A stretch of 64,000 bases of DNA from NCBI GenBank assembly GCA_947478395.1, contig CANJVR010000003.1:288001-352000 (forward strand), read 5' to 3'. The DNA is from Opitutia bacterium. GTDB taxonomy: Bacteria > Verrucomicrobiota > Verrucomicrobiia > Opitutales > Opitutaceae. Both the position numbers and the translations under genes were made by a program. Each line of letters begins with the position of its first letter. Within the stretch, counting starts at the first letter, position 1. The notes beneath the pieces were generated by a model. That model saw nothing but the letters and a program-made list of their open reading frames with translations. It did not search any database and was not told the DNA's origin. This document shows, piece after piece, positions 29,118 through 38,918 of the stretch.

Positions 29118-29606
29118 GTGAATCCAGAGGCCGCCGCTATTATTGCCCGACTCCAACTTACACCCCTGGCCCAGGAAGGCGGATTCTTCCGTCAAACGTG
29201 GCGCAGTGCCGACGTGTTGCCCGACGGCCGGGCCGCCGGTGGCGCGATTTATTTTCTGATGACGCCGGCGGATTTTTCCGCGCTGCATCGGCTGCGGATG
29301 GCCGAAGTCTGGCATTTCTACGCGGGCGATCCCGTCGAGCACCTCCAGCTCGACCCCGCGCGCCGCGTCGGAATTTCGACCGTGATGGGATCGGATCTTT
29401 TGGCCGGACATACGCCGCAACTGCTGGTACCCGCCGGCGTCTGGCAAGGTGCACGGTTGGTTCCGAATGGGTTTCGCGGCTGGTCGCTCATGGGCACAAC
29501 GACGTGCCCGGCTTGGACCACGGACGATTTCGAACTTGGCAGTCGGGTCGATCTTCAGCGCGAATTTGGGGTGCACAGCGCATCGATTGCAGCCCTGACG
29601 CGATGA
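29118..29606 (+). CDS. Cupin domain protein (DUF985/cupin_5)
   Basis: EGGFFRQT, IYFLM, SALHRL..EVWHFYAGDP and VPAGVWQ. Confidence 0.88.
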   Translation: MNPEAAAIIARLQLTPLAQEGGFFRQTWRSADVLPDGRAAGGAIYFLMTPADFSALHRLRMAEVWHFYAGDPVEHLQLDPARRVGISTVMGSDLLAGHTPQLLVPAGVWQGARLVPNGFRGWSLMGTTTCPAWTTDDFELGSRVDLQREFGVHSASIAALTR

Positions 29607-29649
29607 TTTTTGACAGCTGCCCCGCCGCTTCCCAACGTCGCGACTAACG

Positions 29650-30288
29650 ATGAGCTTGGCCGACCTTCGCAAAGATTATTCCCTCGCGGGTCTCACCGAA
29701 AAAGACCTCGCGAAAGATCCCTTCCGCCAATTTGAAAAATGGTTTCAGGAAGCGGAAGCAGCCAAGCTGGTTGAACCCAACGCCATGACGCTTTCGACGG
29801 CGGATAACCGGGGCCAGCCGTCGGTCCGGATCGTGTTGCTCAAGGGTTTGGATGGCCGCGGATTTACGTTCTTCTCGAATTATGAGAGCCGGAAAGGCCG
29901 CGAACTCGCCGCCAATGGCCGCGCCGCGTTGTTGTTTCCCTGGCTCGCGATGGAGCGGCAGGTGATCGTCGAAGGCCCGGTGACGCGTGTCACGCGGGAG
30001 GAAAGCGAGACGTATTTTCACTCACGGCCGCGCGCGAGTCAGTTGGGCGCGTGGGTTTCGCAACAGAGCTCGATCATCTCTGGGCGCAAAGTGCTCGAGG
30101 ACAGCCTGCAGGTGTTGGAGAAAAAATATGCGGGTGCGGAAGTCCCGTTGCCGTCGAATTGGGGTGGCTATCGCGTGGCTCCCGAAACGATCGAGTTCTG
30201 GCAAGGCCGGCGAAGCCGGCTGCATGATCGCCTCCGTTATCGCCGCGAAAAAGATGGCGGCTGGTCGGTCGAGCGCCTCGCTCCTTGA
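29650..30288 (+). CDS. pdxH: Pyridoxamine 5'-phosphate oxidase
   Basis: LRKDY, EPNAMTLST, RIVLLK, NYESRKG and EFWQGRRSRLHDR. Confidence 0.96.
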   Translation: MSLADLRKDYSLAGLTEKDLAKDPFRQFEKWFQEAEAAKLVEPNAMTLSTADNRGQPSVRIVLLKGLDGRGFTFFSNYESRKGRELAANGRAALLFPWLAMERQVIVEGPVTRVTREESETYFHSRPRASQLGAWVSQQSSIISGRKVLEDSLQVLEKKYAGAEVPLPSNWGGYRVAPETIEFWQGRRSRLHDRLRYRREKDGGWSVERLAP

Positions 30289-30486
30289 TTTCGGCCAACT
30301 TCGCCGCGTGAAGAAAAAAGCAACCCAAGCTCCGCTTGCTCGACATCGGCCAGGAAGAAACCACGCACCCCTTCGAGCGGCTGCAGTCGCATCACATGCG
30401 GTGTTTGCCGAATCCTTTCGCGCTCGGCGCTCAGCTGAAAACCGCCCGCAAGCGCCTCGTCACGTGAAAATTCTGCGTTGCGGACT

Positions 30487-30954
30487 ATGTATCTCTATTT
30501 GATTCGTCACGCCCACGCCCACGCCGCGGCAGAAGATGCGGAGCGGCCGCTCAGCCCAAAAGGTCGTGATCAAATCCGGCGCTTGGTCAAAGGCTTGTCC
30601 GCGACCACCGCCTTTCAGCCGGATGAAATCTGGCATAGCCCGCTGACCCGCTCGCGTCAGACCGCGCGCTTGCTGGCGAAACAACTTTCGCTTTCCGCGT
30701 CCATTCACGAAATCGCCGGGCTCGTACCCGAGGCCAACCCGCGGCCCACCGCGACCCGGCTGCGCGGCGCGCGCCACGCCATTGCCATCGTTGGGCACGA
30801 GCCGCACTTGAGCGCCCTTGCCTCGCTGCTGGTCACCGGCGTGCCGGGTCGGGTGATTTTCAAGTTGAAGAAATGTTCGCTGCTCGCGCTAGAGTTGCGT
30901 GGCACGCAGTGGACGGTTCGCTGGCAACTCGCACCGGAACTGTTCGGCGCCTGA
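30487..30954 (+). CDS. sixA: Phosphohistidine phosphatase SixA
   Basis: LYLIRHA, RPLSPKG, SPLTRSRQTA and IVGHEPHL. Confidence 0.88.
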   Translation: MYLYLIRHAHAHAAAEDAERPLSPKGRDQIRRLVKGLSATTAFQPDEIWHSPLTRSRQTARLLAKQLSLSASIHEIAGLVPEANPRPTATRLRGARHAIAIVGHEPHLSALASLLVTGVPGRVIFKLKKCSLLALELRGTQWTVRWQLAPELFGA

Positions 30955-30981
30955 GATGCTGGCACCCCTTCGCCCCGTGGC

Positions 30982-31911
30982 ATGAAGATTTTCCTGACCG
31001 GCGCCTCGGGTCTCGTCGGCGCGGCCTTTGCTCGCGCGGCCGAGCGGCGGGGCCATCGCGTGGTGGGAATTGTGGGCCGTTTTACCGGCGATTTGCCGGG
31101 CGTGGCGGAACGGCGGACCTTTGATCTCGCCGATGAAACAGCGCTGACCAGCGCGGTGCTCGACGCGTTTCCCGAGGCGATCGTCAATTGTGCCGCGATT
31201 TCAGAACCTGCCGCGGTCGACGCCGATCCGGCGCGGGCGCAAGCCCTCAACGTCGCGCTGCCGGCAACTCTTGCGCGCCTGGCGCATCACATGAGTGCCC
31301 GCTGCGTGCACATTTCCTCGGAGCAGGTGTTCGATGGAGCGCTCATCGCACCGTATCGCACCGACAGCGCGACCGGGCCGATCAATCTCTATGGCCGCCA
31401 GAAATTGGAGAGCGAGCAAGCGGTGCACGCGGCCGCGCCGGAGTTCGCGGCGACGGTGCGGGCGCCGTTACTCATGGGCAACAGCCCCGGCGGACGTCGC
31501 AGTATGCACGAGCGCCTGTTCAACGACTGGGGCGCGGGCAAGGCGGTCCAACTTTACGCGGACGAGTTTCGCCAGCCGTGCACGGGTGAAAATCTGGCGG
31601 AGGTGCTGCTCGAACTGTGTGAACGACGCGACCTTTGTGGCGTGTTTCATTGGGCTGGCTCAGAATTGGTGTCGCGCTTTGCCCTCGGTCTCGCGGTACG
31701 CGAGCATTTCAAACTTCCGCCTGAACGCGCACCCATCATCTCGGTTAGTCGCGCCGAACGCCCGGAGATCGCGCGCGGACGCCAGGCGTGTCTCGCGCTC
31801 GATCTCGCACCTCTCATGGGAAAGCTGAAAACGCGCCCGCAAACCGTGGCCGCCCAGCTTGCGGAACTGCAAGTGCCGCCCGCGGCGCGCTCATGGTATT
31901 TTTCCGCGTAA
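30982..31911 (+). CDS. SDR family oxidoreductase (RfbD/dTDP-4-dehydrorhamnose reductase-like)
   Basis: TGASGLVG, VNCAA, HISSEQVFDG and YxxxK (YGRQK). Confidence 0.85.
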   Translation: MKIFLTGASGLVGAAFARAAERRGHRVVGIVGRFTGDLPGVAERRTFDLADETALTSAVLDAFPEAIVNCAAISEPAAVDADPARAQALNVALPATLARLAHHMSARCVHISSEQVFDGALIAPYRTDSATGPINLYGRQKLESEQAVHAAAPEFAATVRAPLLMGNSPGGRRSMHERLFNDWGAGKAVQLYADEFRQPCTGENLAEVLLELCERRDLCGVFHWAGSELVSRFALGLAVREHFKLPPERAPIISVSRAERPEIARGRQACLALDLAPLMGKLKTRPQTVAAQLAELQVPPAARSWYFSA

Positions 31912-32095
31912 TGCGGCGCTTTCGCCGGCGTCGGTGCTCCCATATAATGTTTTGCGGGGTGAAGGCATCGCACCCACATCGCGACCGAGCGGATGTCGCA
32001 AGCGTGGCGAATCGGCCCGCGCGGGGCACCGGGTTTTCGCCCTTGTTTCGCCTTGTTCGACGCGGCAACGTGACCGCTCGCGCTCTTAACTCACC

Positions 32096-33508
32096 ATGAA
32101 GATCAACGTCGCTCTCACTCCCGCCAAACTGGCCCGGAAAACTGCCCGCGTGTTCGAGCTCGCCGGCGAAAAAATTCGCGCCATCGACGCCGCGTGGGAT
32201 CCGGTCAAAGGCACCCCGGTGTTTACGGTGCAGGGGAAATACACCTCGCGCGGCTGGACCGAGTGGACCCAGGGCTTCCAGTTCGGCATGGCGTTTCTGC
32301 ACTTCGACGCCACCGGCGACACCGCGATGCTCGAGCGCGGCCGCGTGAAAACAGTGCGGCATATGGCTTCGCATGTCTCGCACGTCGGAGTCCATGATCA
32401 CGGCTTCAACAACGTTTCGACCTACGGCAACCAGCGCCGGCTGATGCTCGAGGGCAAGACGCGCTTCAACCAGGCTGAACTCAATTACACCGAAATCGCA
32501 CTCAAAGCCTCCGGCGCCGTGCAGGCCGCCCGCTATGTGCCTACCGCCTACAAAAAGGCGTGGTCGCCCATTCCCGGTGCCGCGGGCGTCGCCCCGTCCG
32601 GTTACGTTTATTCGTTCAATGGGCCGCAGTCGCTTTTCGCCGACACCATTCGTTCGATGCGTTCGCTCGTGGTGGCGCATCAGCTCGGGCACGCGCTGAT
32701 GGGTGAGGGCGACAAGCCGACGAATCTCCTGCACCGCGCGATCGAACACGCGGCGACCACGGCCCGCTTCAACGTGTTCTTCGGCCAGGGCCGCGACAGC
32801 TACGATGTGCGCGGTCGGGTGGCCCATGAGAGTGTTTTCAACCGCAACGACGGCCAGTTCCGCTGCCCGAGTTCGCAGCAGGGCTACTCGCCGTTCACCA
32901 CCTGGACCCGGGGCGCCGCTTGGATCATCTGTGGCTACGCCGAGCAGCTGGAGTTTCTCGATACGGTCAAAGGCTCAGACCTCGACGCCGTCGGCGGCCG
33001 TCGCGCGGTCACGGATCTCTTCCTCGAAACCGCGCGCGCGACCAGCGACTATTACATCGACGGCTACTCGGCCAAAGACGGTGTGCCGTACTGGGACAGC
33101 AGCGCGTTGAACACCCACCGGCTGGGCGATTTCACGAAACGCGCGGCCGATCCTTTCAACGCGCATGAGCCGGTTGATAGCTCCGCCGCCGCGATCGCCG
33201 CGCAAGGTTTCCTGCGTCTCGGCCGCTGGCTCGAGACGAACGGAGAAAAGGCCGCGGGCAAAAAATATTTTCAGGCGGGCCTGACGATTGCCGACACGCT
33301 CTTCGATGAGCCGTATTTATCGACCGACAAAAAGCACCAGGGCCTTTTGTTACACAGCGTCTACCACCGCCCGAACGGCTGGGACCACATCCCGAAAGGC
33401 CGGAAAGTGCCGTGCGGCGAGTCGTCGATGTGGGGCGATTACCACGCGATGGAACTCGCGCTGCTGATCCGCCGGCTCGGTGAAGGAAAGTACTACACGT
33501 TCTTTTGA
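32096..33508 (+). CDS. GH88-like glycosyl hydrolase (unsaturated glucuronyl hydrolase family)
   Basis: WTQGF, HDHGF, QGYS..TWTRG.AW, PYWD, DSSAAAIAA and WGDY. No signal peptide. Confidence 0.82.
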   Translation: MKINVALTPAKLARKTARVFELAGEKIRAIDAAWDPVKGTPVFTVQGKYTSRGWTEWTQGFQFGMAFLHFDATGDTAMLERGRVKTVRHMASHVSHVGVHDHGFNNVSTYGNQRRLMLEGKTRFNQAELNYTEIALKASGAVQAARYVPTAYKKAWSPIPGAAGVAPSGYVYSFNGPQSLFADTIRSMRSLVVAHQLGHALMGEGDKPTNLLHRAIEHAATTARFNVFFGQGRDSYDVRGRVAHESVFNRNDGQFRCPSSQQGYSPFTTWTRGAAWIICGYAEQLEFLDTVKGSDLDAVGGRRAVTDLFLETARATSDYYIDGYSAKDGVPYWDSSALNTHRLGDFTKRAADPFNAHEPVDSSAAAIAAQGFLRLGRWLETNGEKAAGKKYFQAGLTIADTLFDEPYLSTDKKHQGLLLHSVYHRPNGWDHIPKGRKVPCGESSMWGDYHAMELALLIRRLGEGKYYTFF

Positions 33509-33618
33509 GGAGTGGAGCGCGTATCCCTAACACGCCGGTTCGGCGTCGCTTTCTCTGGGAGCCGACTCGCACGGGTGGGTTAATCAAAATCCACTCCAAT
33601 TTTTAAATTCAAACGTCC

Positions 33619-34443
33619 GTGCCCACGCCACTCCTCTACGAATCCCACTGCCACACCCCGCTGTGCAAACATGCCCGCGGTGAACCAGCGGAGTACGCGG
33701 CCGAAGCCATCGCTCGCGGGTTGAAGGGGATTATTTTCACGGATCATTGTCCGCTCCCCGACGGATTTTCCTCCGGCGTGCGGATGGCGCCCGGGGAATA
33801 CGACCACTACGTGGCCATGATCGCGCAGACGCGCGCTGATTTTGCCGGGCGGCTCGATGTGCGACTCGGACTCGAGAGCGATTATTATCCGGGCGTGGAA
33901 TCGTGGCTGGAGCAACTGCACGCCCGGGTGCCGCTGCATCATGTGCTGGGCTCCGTGCATCCGCAGATTTCCGATTATCGCGCGCGTTATTTCACCGGCG
34001 ACGCTGTGGCCTATCAGCAATTGTATTTCGAGCATCTCGCGCAATCGGCGGAAACGAAACTTTACGATACAATTGCCCATCCCGACCTCGTGAAAAACGA
34101 GGCGCCGGCCGATTGGAATTTCGCGCGCGTCCGGCCTTACATCGAGCGAGCGCTCGACCGAATTGCGGCGACCGGCGTAGCGATGGAACTTAATACTTCC
34201 GGGGTGAACAAGGCGCTGCCCGAATTGAATCCAGGTCGCGCGATGCTCGCGATGATCCAAGCCCGTGGCATTCCCATCGTGATCGGCGCCGACGCCCACC
34301 GGCCGACGCGAGTCGCCGACGGGTACATGAACGCGCTGCGGACGCTGCAAGAAATTGGCTTCACCGAGGTCAGTCATTTCCTGGACCGGAAACGGCAGAT
34401 CACGCCGATCGCGGCGGCTTTGGCGTCGCTCCCAATTTCGTAA
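33619..34443 (+). CDS. Histidinol-phosphatase HisJ family (PHP domain)
   Basis: HCHTPLCKHA, FTDHCP, GLESD, GSVH, AHPDLVK, ELNTSG and GADAH. Confidence 0.88.
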   Translation: MPTPLLYESHCHTPLCKHARGEPAEYAAEAIARGLKGIIFTDHCPLPDGFSSGVRMAPGEYDHYVAMIAQTRADFAGRLDVRLGLESDYYPGVESWLEQLHARVPLHHVLGSVHPQISDYRARYFTGDAVAYQQLYFEHLAQSAETKLYDTIAHPDLVKNEAPADWNFARVRPYIERALDRIAATGVAMELNTSGVNKALPELNPGRAMLAMIQARGIPIVIGADAHRPTRVADGYMNALRTLQEIGFTEVSHFLDRKRQITPIAAALASLPIS

Positions 34444-34508
34444 CTCCCCGCCGCGGCGGTCATCCCGGGAGCTTGCTCCGACGCGCTCGATGGATTCCTT
34501 CAGGTGCG

Positions 34509-35603
34509 ATGTCTGCCCGCCTGATCAACCTCTACGATCTCACCCGCGAACAACTGCGGGCGCAATTGGTGCGCTGGGAATTTTCGCCCGTGCACGCGGG
34601 CCGGTTGTGGAATTATCTCTACCTGGAGTTGGCCGAGTCGTTCGACGTCATGCCGGAGTTGCCGGCCAAGGTTCGCGACCGGCTCAAAGCGGAGGCGAGT
34701 ATCGGCGTTTTGACGACGGCGCTTGCGACCGATTCAGCTGACGGGTTCACGCGCAAATATCTGCTCGGACTCGCCGACGCCGAAAGGATCGAGACCGTAC
34801 TCATGCGCTATACCGGCCGCGTGACCGCATGCGTATCGAGTCAGGTCGGCTGTGCAATGGGCTGCGTTTTTTGCGCCACCGGCCAGATGGGCTACACCCG
34901 GCACCTCACGCCCGGTGAAATCGTTGCGCAGGCGGTGCACGTAGCCCGCGCGCTACGCGCCCGGCCCACATGTCACTTAATAGGTGACATTCCCTCGAAG
35001 AAAGCGCCGCCGGAACGCCTGCGCAATCTTGTGCTCATGGGGATGGGCGAGCCGTTGCACAATTATGAGGCCGTGATGCAGGCGGTGGATATCATGCGCG
35101 ATGGGGCTGGCCTCGCGCTCGGGGCGGAGCGCATCACGCTTAGCACCGTGGGCGTGGTGCCGGGGATTTTGCGTCTGGCCGCGGAGAAGCGTCCGATCTT
35201 TCTCGCGGTTTCACTGCACGCGGCGACGCAAGCCGAACGCGCCGCGCTGGTGCCGGCCGCAAAGAAATGGCCGCTCGACGAACTGATGGCGGCTTGTCGC
35301 ACGTATAGCGAAACGATGCGCCGCCGGATTTTCTACGAGTGGACGCTGATCGAAGGAAAAAACGATTCCGTCGATCAGGCGCGGGCGGTCGGACAGCTTT
35401 TGCGTGGCTTGCCGGCGCAGGTGAATTTGATCCCGCTGAATCCGACCACGGGCTACGACGGCGAACCCGCGCGGAGCGAAGCGGCGAAACGGTTTCAGAA
35501 AATTCTCGCCGAAGAATTCAAGATCCCGAGCACCGTGCGACAACGCCGCGGCATCGATATTGCCGCAGGTTGTGGGCAGCTGGCCGTAGCGGAGTCCCGC
35601 TGA
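34509..35603 (+). CDS. rlmN: 23S rRNA (adenine2503-C2)-methyltransferase RlmN
   Basis: SSQVGCAMGCVFCATG, MGMGEPL, SLHA, NLIPLN and RGIDIAAGCGQL. Confidence 0.93.
   Translation: MSARLINLYDLTREQLRAQLVRWEFSPVHAGRLWNYLYLELAESFDVMPELPAKVRDRLKAEASIGVLTTALATDSADGFTRKYLLGLADAERIETVLMRYTGRVTACVSSQVGCAMGCVFCATGQMGYTRHLTPGEIVAQAVHVARALRARPTCHLIGDIPSKKAPPERLRNLVLMGMGEPLHNYEAVMQAVDIMRDGAGLALGAERITLSTVGVVPGILRLAAEKRPIFLAVSLHAATQAERAALVPAAKKWPLDELMAACRTYSETMRRRIFYEWTLIEGKNDSVDQARAVGQLLRGLPAQVNLIPLNPTTGYDGEPARSEAAKRFQKILAEEFKIPSTVRQRRGIDIAAGCGQLAVAESR
34970..34990. repeat. Short palindrome ATGTCACTTAATAGGTGACAT inside rlmN (encodes TCHLIGDI)
   Basis: 7-bp arms ATGTCAC/GTGACAT. 19 nt are identical to 46687-46705. 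Confidence 0.75.
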
Positions 35604-35800
35604 AAGGAATCAAATCGTTGGATTTTTGGCCACGAAGAGGCACAAAATTTTGTCTCCTTTGACGGCCACGGCATTGCGCCGATAGGCGCGCAGCCGGCGA
35701 AAGCGGCCGCTCGTATGGTCGAGCGGGATTTCTGCTTCCAGCGCCGCTGGCTTGATCAAAGCCGCGGCCGCGCTAATTCGGAAATCGGCGGCGGTCGGGT

Positions 35801-37162
35801 CTACAGCGCAAGCGTTTCCCGGCCGGATGCCACCAGCGGATCCGCCGATAGCGTGGGTTCCCTCGATGCGCCCGCGAGGCCGAGACTTGCGGCGCGAGAT
35901 TGCAGCGTGAGCCAGGCCAGCGAGGCCGAGACAGAATTTTCTGTCTGCAGGGCTAGTTGATCGAAGCTCGGCGCCAGCGGCGGAAGCACGCCAGCGGCGA
36001 TCAGTTTTTTCTCGGCGAGGAACAGGCCCAGCGAAGCGCCGAGAGCGTCGAGCCAGACGCGAGGCGAGGCCGGCTCGGCATAAGCCAGCCCAGATTTTTC
36101 GGGCGACCACTCCATGAACTTGCGGAGCTGCTGATGCAGTCCCTTGAGCTCGGCGTCCATGGTCACGGGGTTCCAACGCACGAGGAACTGCTTGCGCTCG
36201 CGGAATTTCTTCACCTCCCAGACGCGGATCAAAAGTTCGTAGTCTCCGCCTTTTTGCCGCAGCGCCCCCGTAAAAATATAATCCAAACCGCCCGTGCTGG
36301 TGTCGACCAGTTGACGGAGGTTTTCCATGGTCCACTCCGCCGAAAAAATCACCGGTTGGCCCGCACCGCCGCCCGGGGGCGTCAGCAGGCCAACGGCCGC
36401 GGCGGGCTCATAGTGCGGCGAGAAATAAAACGTCTCGGAAAGCCACATCGGAATTGCGCGGGACAGACGTCCGAGTTCGTCCTCGGGCTTGGCCATCGCG
36501 GCGATGAGATCGGGATACGCTCCTGGCAGCGCGAGTTGGGCGAACGCGACGCGACGTAAGCGCTCGCTCTTCAACGGCAGGATTTGGCCTGCCAGCGGCT
36601 CCAGCCCGTAGAACCAAATCGGCTTTGTAATGCTCGCGAGGGAGATTTTCGGCACCGCGGCGGTTGTGCCCTCGTTCGCGGGATCGCCCGCCTGGGGCAG
36701 TGGCTCGGCGCCCTGCACGATGAGATCGGCGATGGCGTTGGAAAATCCGTGGAGGCGTTCCTCCAGTTCGGGCCGGTTGAGGGAAAACAAAATATCCAGC
36801 ACGTGCTGCGCGGAGTCGGGGTTGCGCAGGGCCAAGTACGCTTGAAGGAGATTAAGACCGGTCGCGGGTCCGTGGCGCTGCCCATCGTAGCGCGGCGCGA
36901 TTAAATCTATGATCGGTGCGAGGTGGCCGGTGGAACCGAGGTCGCCCGAAATCGTGACAAGCACATCCGCGCGATCGCCCGAGTGGGCGAGTACTTCTTC
37001 GTAGATCGTGAGTGCCGCGGGCAGATCCTTGACGTCGAGGTGGGCGCGAGCTGCGTCGAGGCGCGGCCGGATCGGATTAGTCGCGGACGTTTCAGTCGCG
37101 ACCGGCTGGGGGACGGAGGAAGGCGAATTTTTTTTGGCGGCAAGACGGTCGAAAAATCCCAT
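35801..37162 (-). CDS. Hypothetical protein (helical, possibly TPR-like N-terminus)
   Basis: 453-aa ORF starting MGFFDRLAAKK with good coding character. No family recognised. Confidence 0.75.
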   Translation of the reverse strand: MGFFDRLAAKKNSPSSVPQPVATETSATNPIRPRLDAARAHLDVKDLPAALTIYEEVLAHSGDRADVLVTISGDLGSTGHLAPIIDLIAPRYDGQRHGPATGLNLLQAYLALRNPDSAQHVLDILFSLNRPELEERLHGFSNAIADLIVQGAEPLPQAGDPANEGTTAAVPKISLASITKPIWFYGLEPLAGQILPLKSERLRRVAFAQLALPGAYPDLIAAMAKPEDELGRLSRAIPMWLSETFYFSPHYEPAAAVGLLTPPGGGAGQPVIFSAEWTMENLRQLVDTSTGGLDYIFTGALRQKGGDYELLIRVWEVKKFRERKQFLVRWNPVTMDAELKGLHQQLRKFMEWSPEKSGLAYAEPASPRVWLDALGASLGLFLAEKKLIAAGVLPPLAPSFDQLALQTENSVSASLAWLTLQSRAASLGLAGASREPTLSADPLVASGRETLAL

Positions 37163-37227
37163 GGGATCGAGCAAACGGTTTCAGACCGCCCATGGGAATT
37201 TTTTTCGTCGTGAGCGACGGGTCCGGT

Positions 37228-37839
37228 TTATCGGGCCCGGTTCTGAATTCGGCGGCCGAAGGTGTGCGCGGCGCCCGCAGCCATAATTCCAACGAGGTGC
37301 GCCAGCGGCACCGGATAGGCCCCGGGTTCAACGAAGCGAGCGAAGAGCGGCCGCTCCGCCAGGAATTCGGCGATCACTTTCACGGCGAGCAACAGCAACA
37401 CGGCGGCCCAGAACCAGCGGTCTGACGTCCCGCGGGAAAGCTGGGTCAGCGCCAGAAAAGCCAGCAGCGCGGCAGCGACGCCGGAAAGGCCCGCGTAACG
37501 CTGCAGCGCAGGATCGAGGATGTATAAAGCCCCGCCGATGAAACCGGGCCCGAGTAACAACAGCAGCCGGGCGCGTTGCGGGGAGAGACGTTCGGACCAC
37601 GCGGCGGCCGGAAGGAGCACGGCCAGATTCCAAATGAGGTGGCTCGCCCCAAAATGAACGAAATGGCTGGTCCAGAGGCGCCACCACTCGCCGTGGCGAA
37701 CAGCATCCCGCTCATACTCTAGAGCGCTCGTGTTACCGGGCCAGACGGCGACGCCAACGGCGAACAGCGCGACCACGAGCGTGACCCAAGGAAAGGCAGC
37801 GCGGGCGCCAACGGCAGCGTGAGGGGACGAAGCAGTCAT
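37228..37839 (-). CDS. rrtA: Rhombosortase (rhomboid protease subfamily)
   Basis: LEYER.AV..GEWWRLWTSHFVH..HL.WN, catalytic YAGLSG and AHLVG. Adjacent to a GlyGly-CTERM protein. Confidence 0.88.
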   Translation of the reverse strand: MTASSPHAAVGARAAFPWVTLVVALFAVGVAVWPGNTSALEYERDAVRHGEWWRLWTSHFVHFGASHLIWNLAVLLPAAAWSERLSPQRARLLLLLGPGFIGGALYILDPALQRYAGLSGVAAALLAFLALTQLSRGTSDRWFWAAVLLLLAVKVIAEFLAERPLFARFVEPGAYPVPLAHLVGIMAAGAAHTFGRRIQNRAR

Positions 37840-37908
37840 GGAGCTGTAAACAAGCGTCGGAGGAAAATCCAACCGCCCCAAATTTCGATTCCCATTGGGC
37901 GCGGGCGA

Positions 37909-38820
37909 TCAACGCGCGTCATCGCGAATAGCGGGGACGGAGGCCGATGCGGATCGGGACAAACACCGGCCGAGCGCGAGCAAGCCGAGGACAAGGACAA
38001 ACACCCCGCCAAAGCTGCCGCCACCCGTATAGCCGGGACGATGTTCGATCTTCACTTCGCCCGGCGATTGCTTCACGCGCACGCGAAACTCCTCCAACTG
38101 CGTTTTTAGATTCTTGATCAGCTCGGTCGTGGCTTGGTCGAAACCTTGGGCGCTATCGGCGCGGAGCCGTTGGTCCACGTACACGGCCGCGGCTCCGGCC
38201 TCCACCCGACTGCCGCCCGGCGCGCGAAAAAGCAGATGCCGGCTTTCGATATCGTAGACCGCCGCTTCCATCAGCGTCTGGGTGTCGTTTTGATTTCCAT
38301 GGAAAAGGTAGGCGCCGACGATCGTCCAGTAGGTCAGCGACAGGATATTGTTGTTGGTAAACTGAAGTTGATCGTACGCGACGAGCGCGACGACATCGAC
38401 GCCGAGGAGCGAGCGGACTTGGTTGAGATTGTCGAACCCACCGCCGGCGCGCAGGTAGCTCGACGGAATTATTTGAAAACCCTGGATGTAATCGAGGCCC
38501 TTGAATTCTGCGGCGACGCGTTCGAGCAAGGCGGACTTTTGCAGTTCGGAAATGCCGGATGGAGTCCCAAAACGTTCGGTGCCGTTGCCTGAAGGGACAA
38601 ACGCTACGCCCACCCGCAGCGGCAGGCGGAGCACCGGAATACTCGTCGGTGGAAGTGGGTTGGACTGATTCGGGTAAAGATAACTCACAACACTGCTGGC
38701 GCGTTGCGTTTGGCGGCCGCGGGAAGAGAAACAACCGGTGAGCAGCAATAGCGCGGCGCTGAGTGCGATTAGGTGATCGAAGCGAAAACGAAACGTCGTG
38801 CGGGGCGATGGGACGTGCAT
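37909..38820 (-). CDS. rhlP: Rhombotarget lipoprotein with a GlyGly-CTERM tail
   Basis: Lipobox LLTGC, SSVVSYLYP, LPLRVGVAFVP, YWTIVGAY and LLFRAPG. The C-terminus is GGGSFGG, a hydrophobic helix, then Arg. Confidence 0.85.
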   Translation of the reverse strand: MHVPSPRTTFRFRFDHLIALSAALLLLTGCFSSRGRQTQRASSVVSYLYPNQSNPLPPTSIPVLRLPLRVGVAFVPSGNGTERFGTPSGISELQKSALLERVAAEFKGLDYIQGFQIIPSSYLRAGGGFDNLNQVRSLLGVDVVALVAYDQLQFTNNNILSLTYWTIVGAYLFHGNQNDTQTLMEAAVYDIESRHLLFRAPGGSRVEAGAAAVYVDQRLRADSAQGFDQATTELIKNLKTQLEEFRVRVKQSPGEVKIEHRPGYTGGGSFGGVFVLVLGLLALGRCLSRSASASVPAIRDDAR

Positions 38821-38918
38821 GGCGCGGCGAGATTTCTGGCCAAAGGCGATGATGACAACGTCCATCGCGACGGTAAATATTTTCGCCCAGCGGCGGGGGA
38901 GCGGCGGAAAAAAACTAG

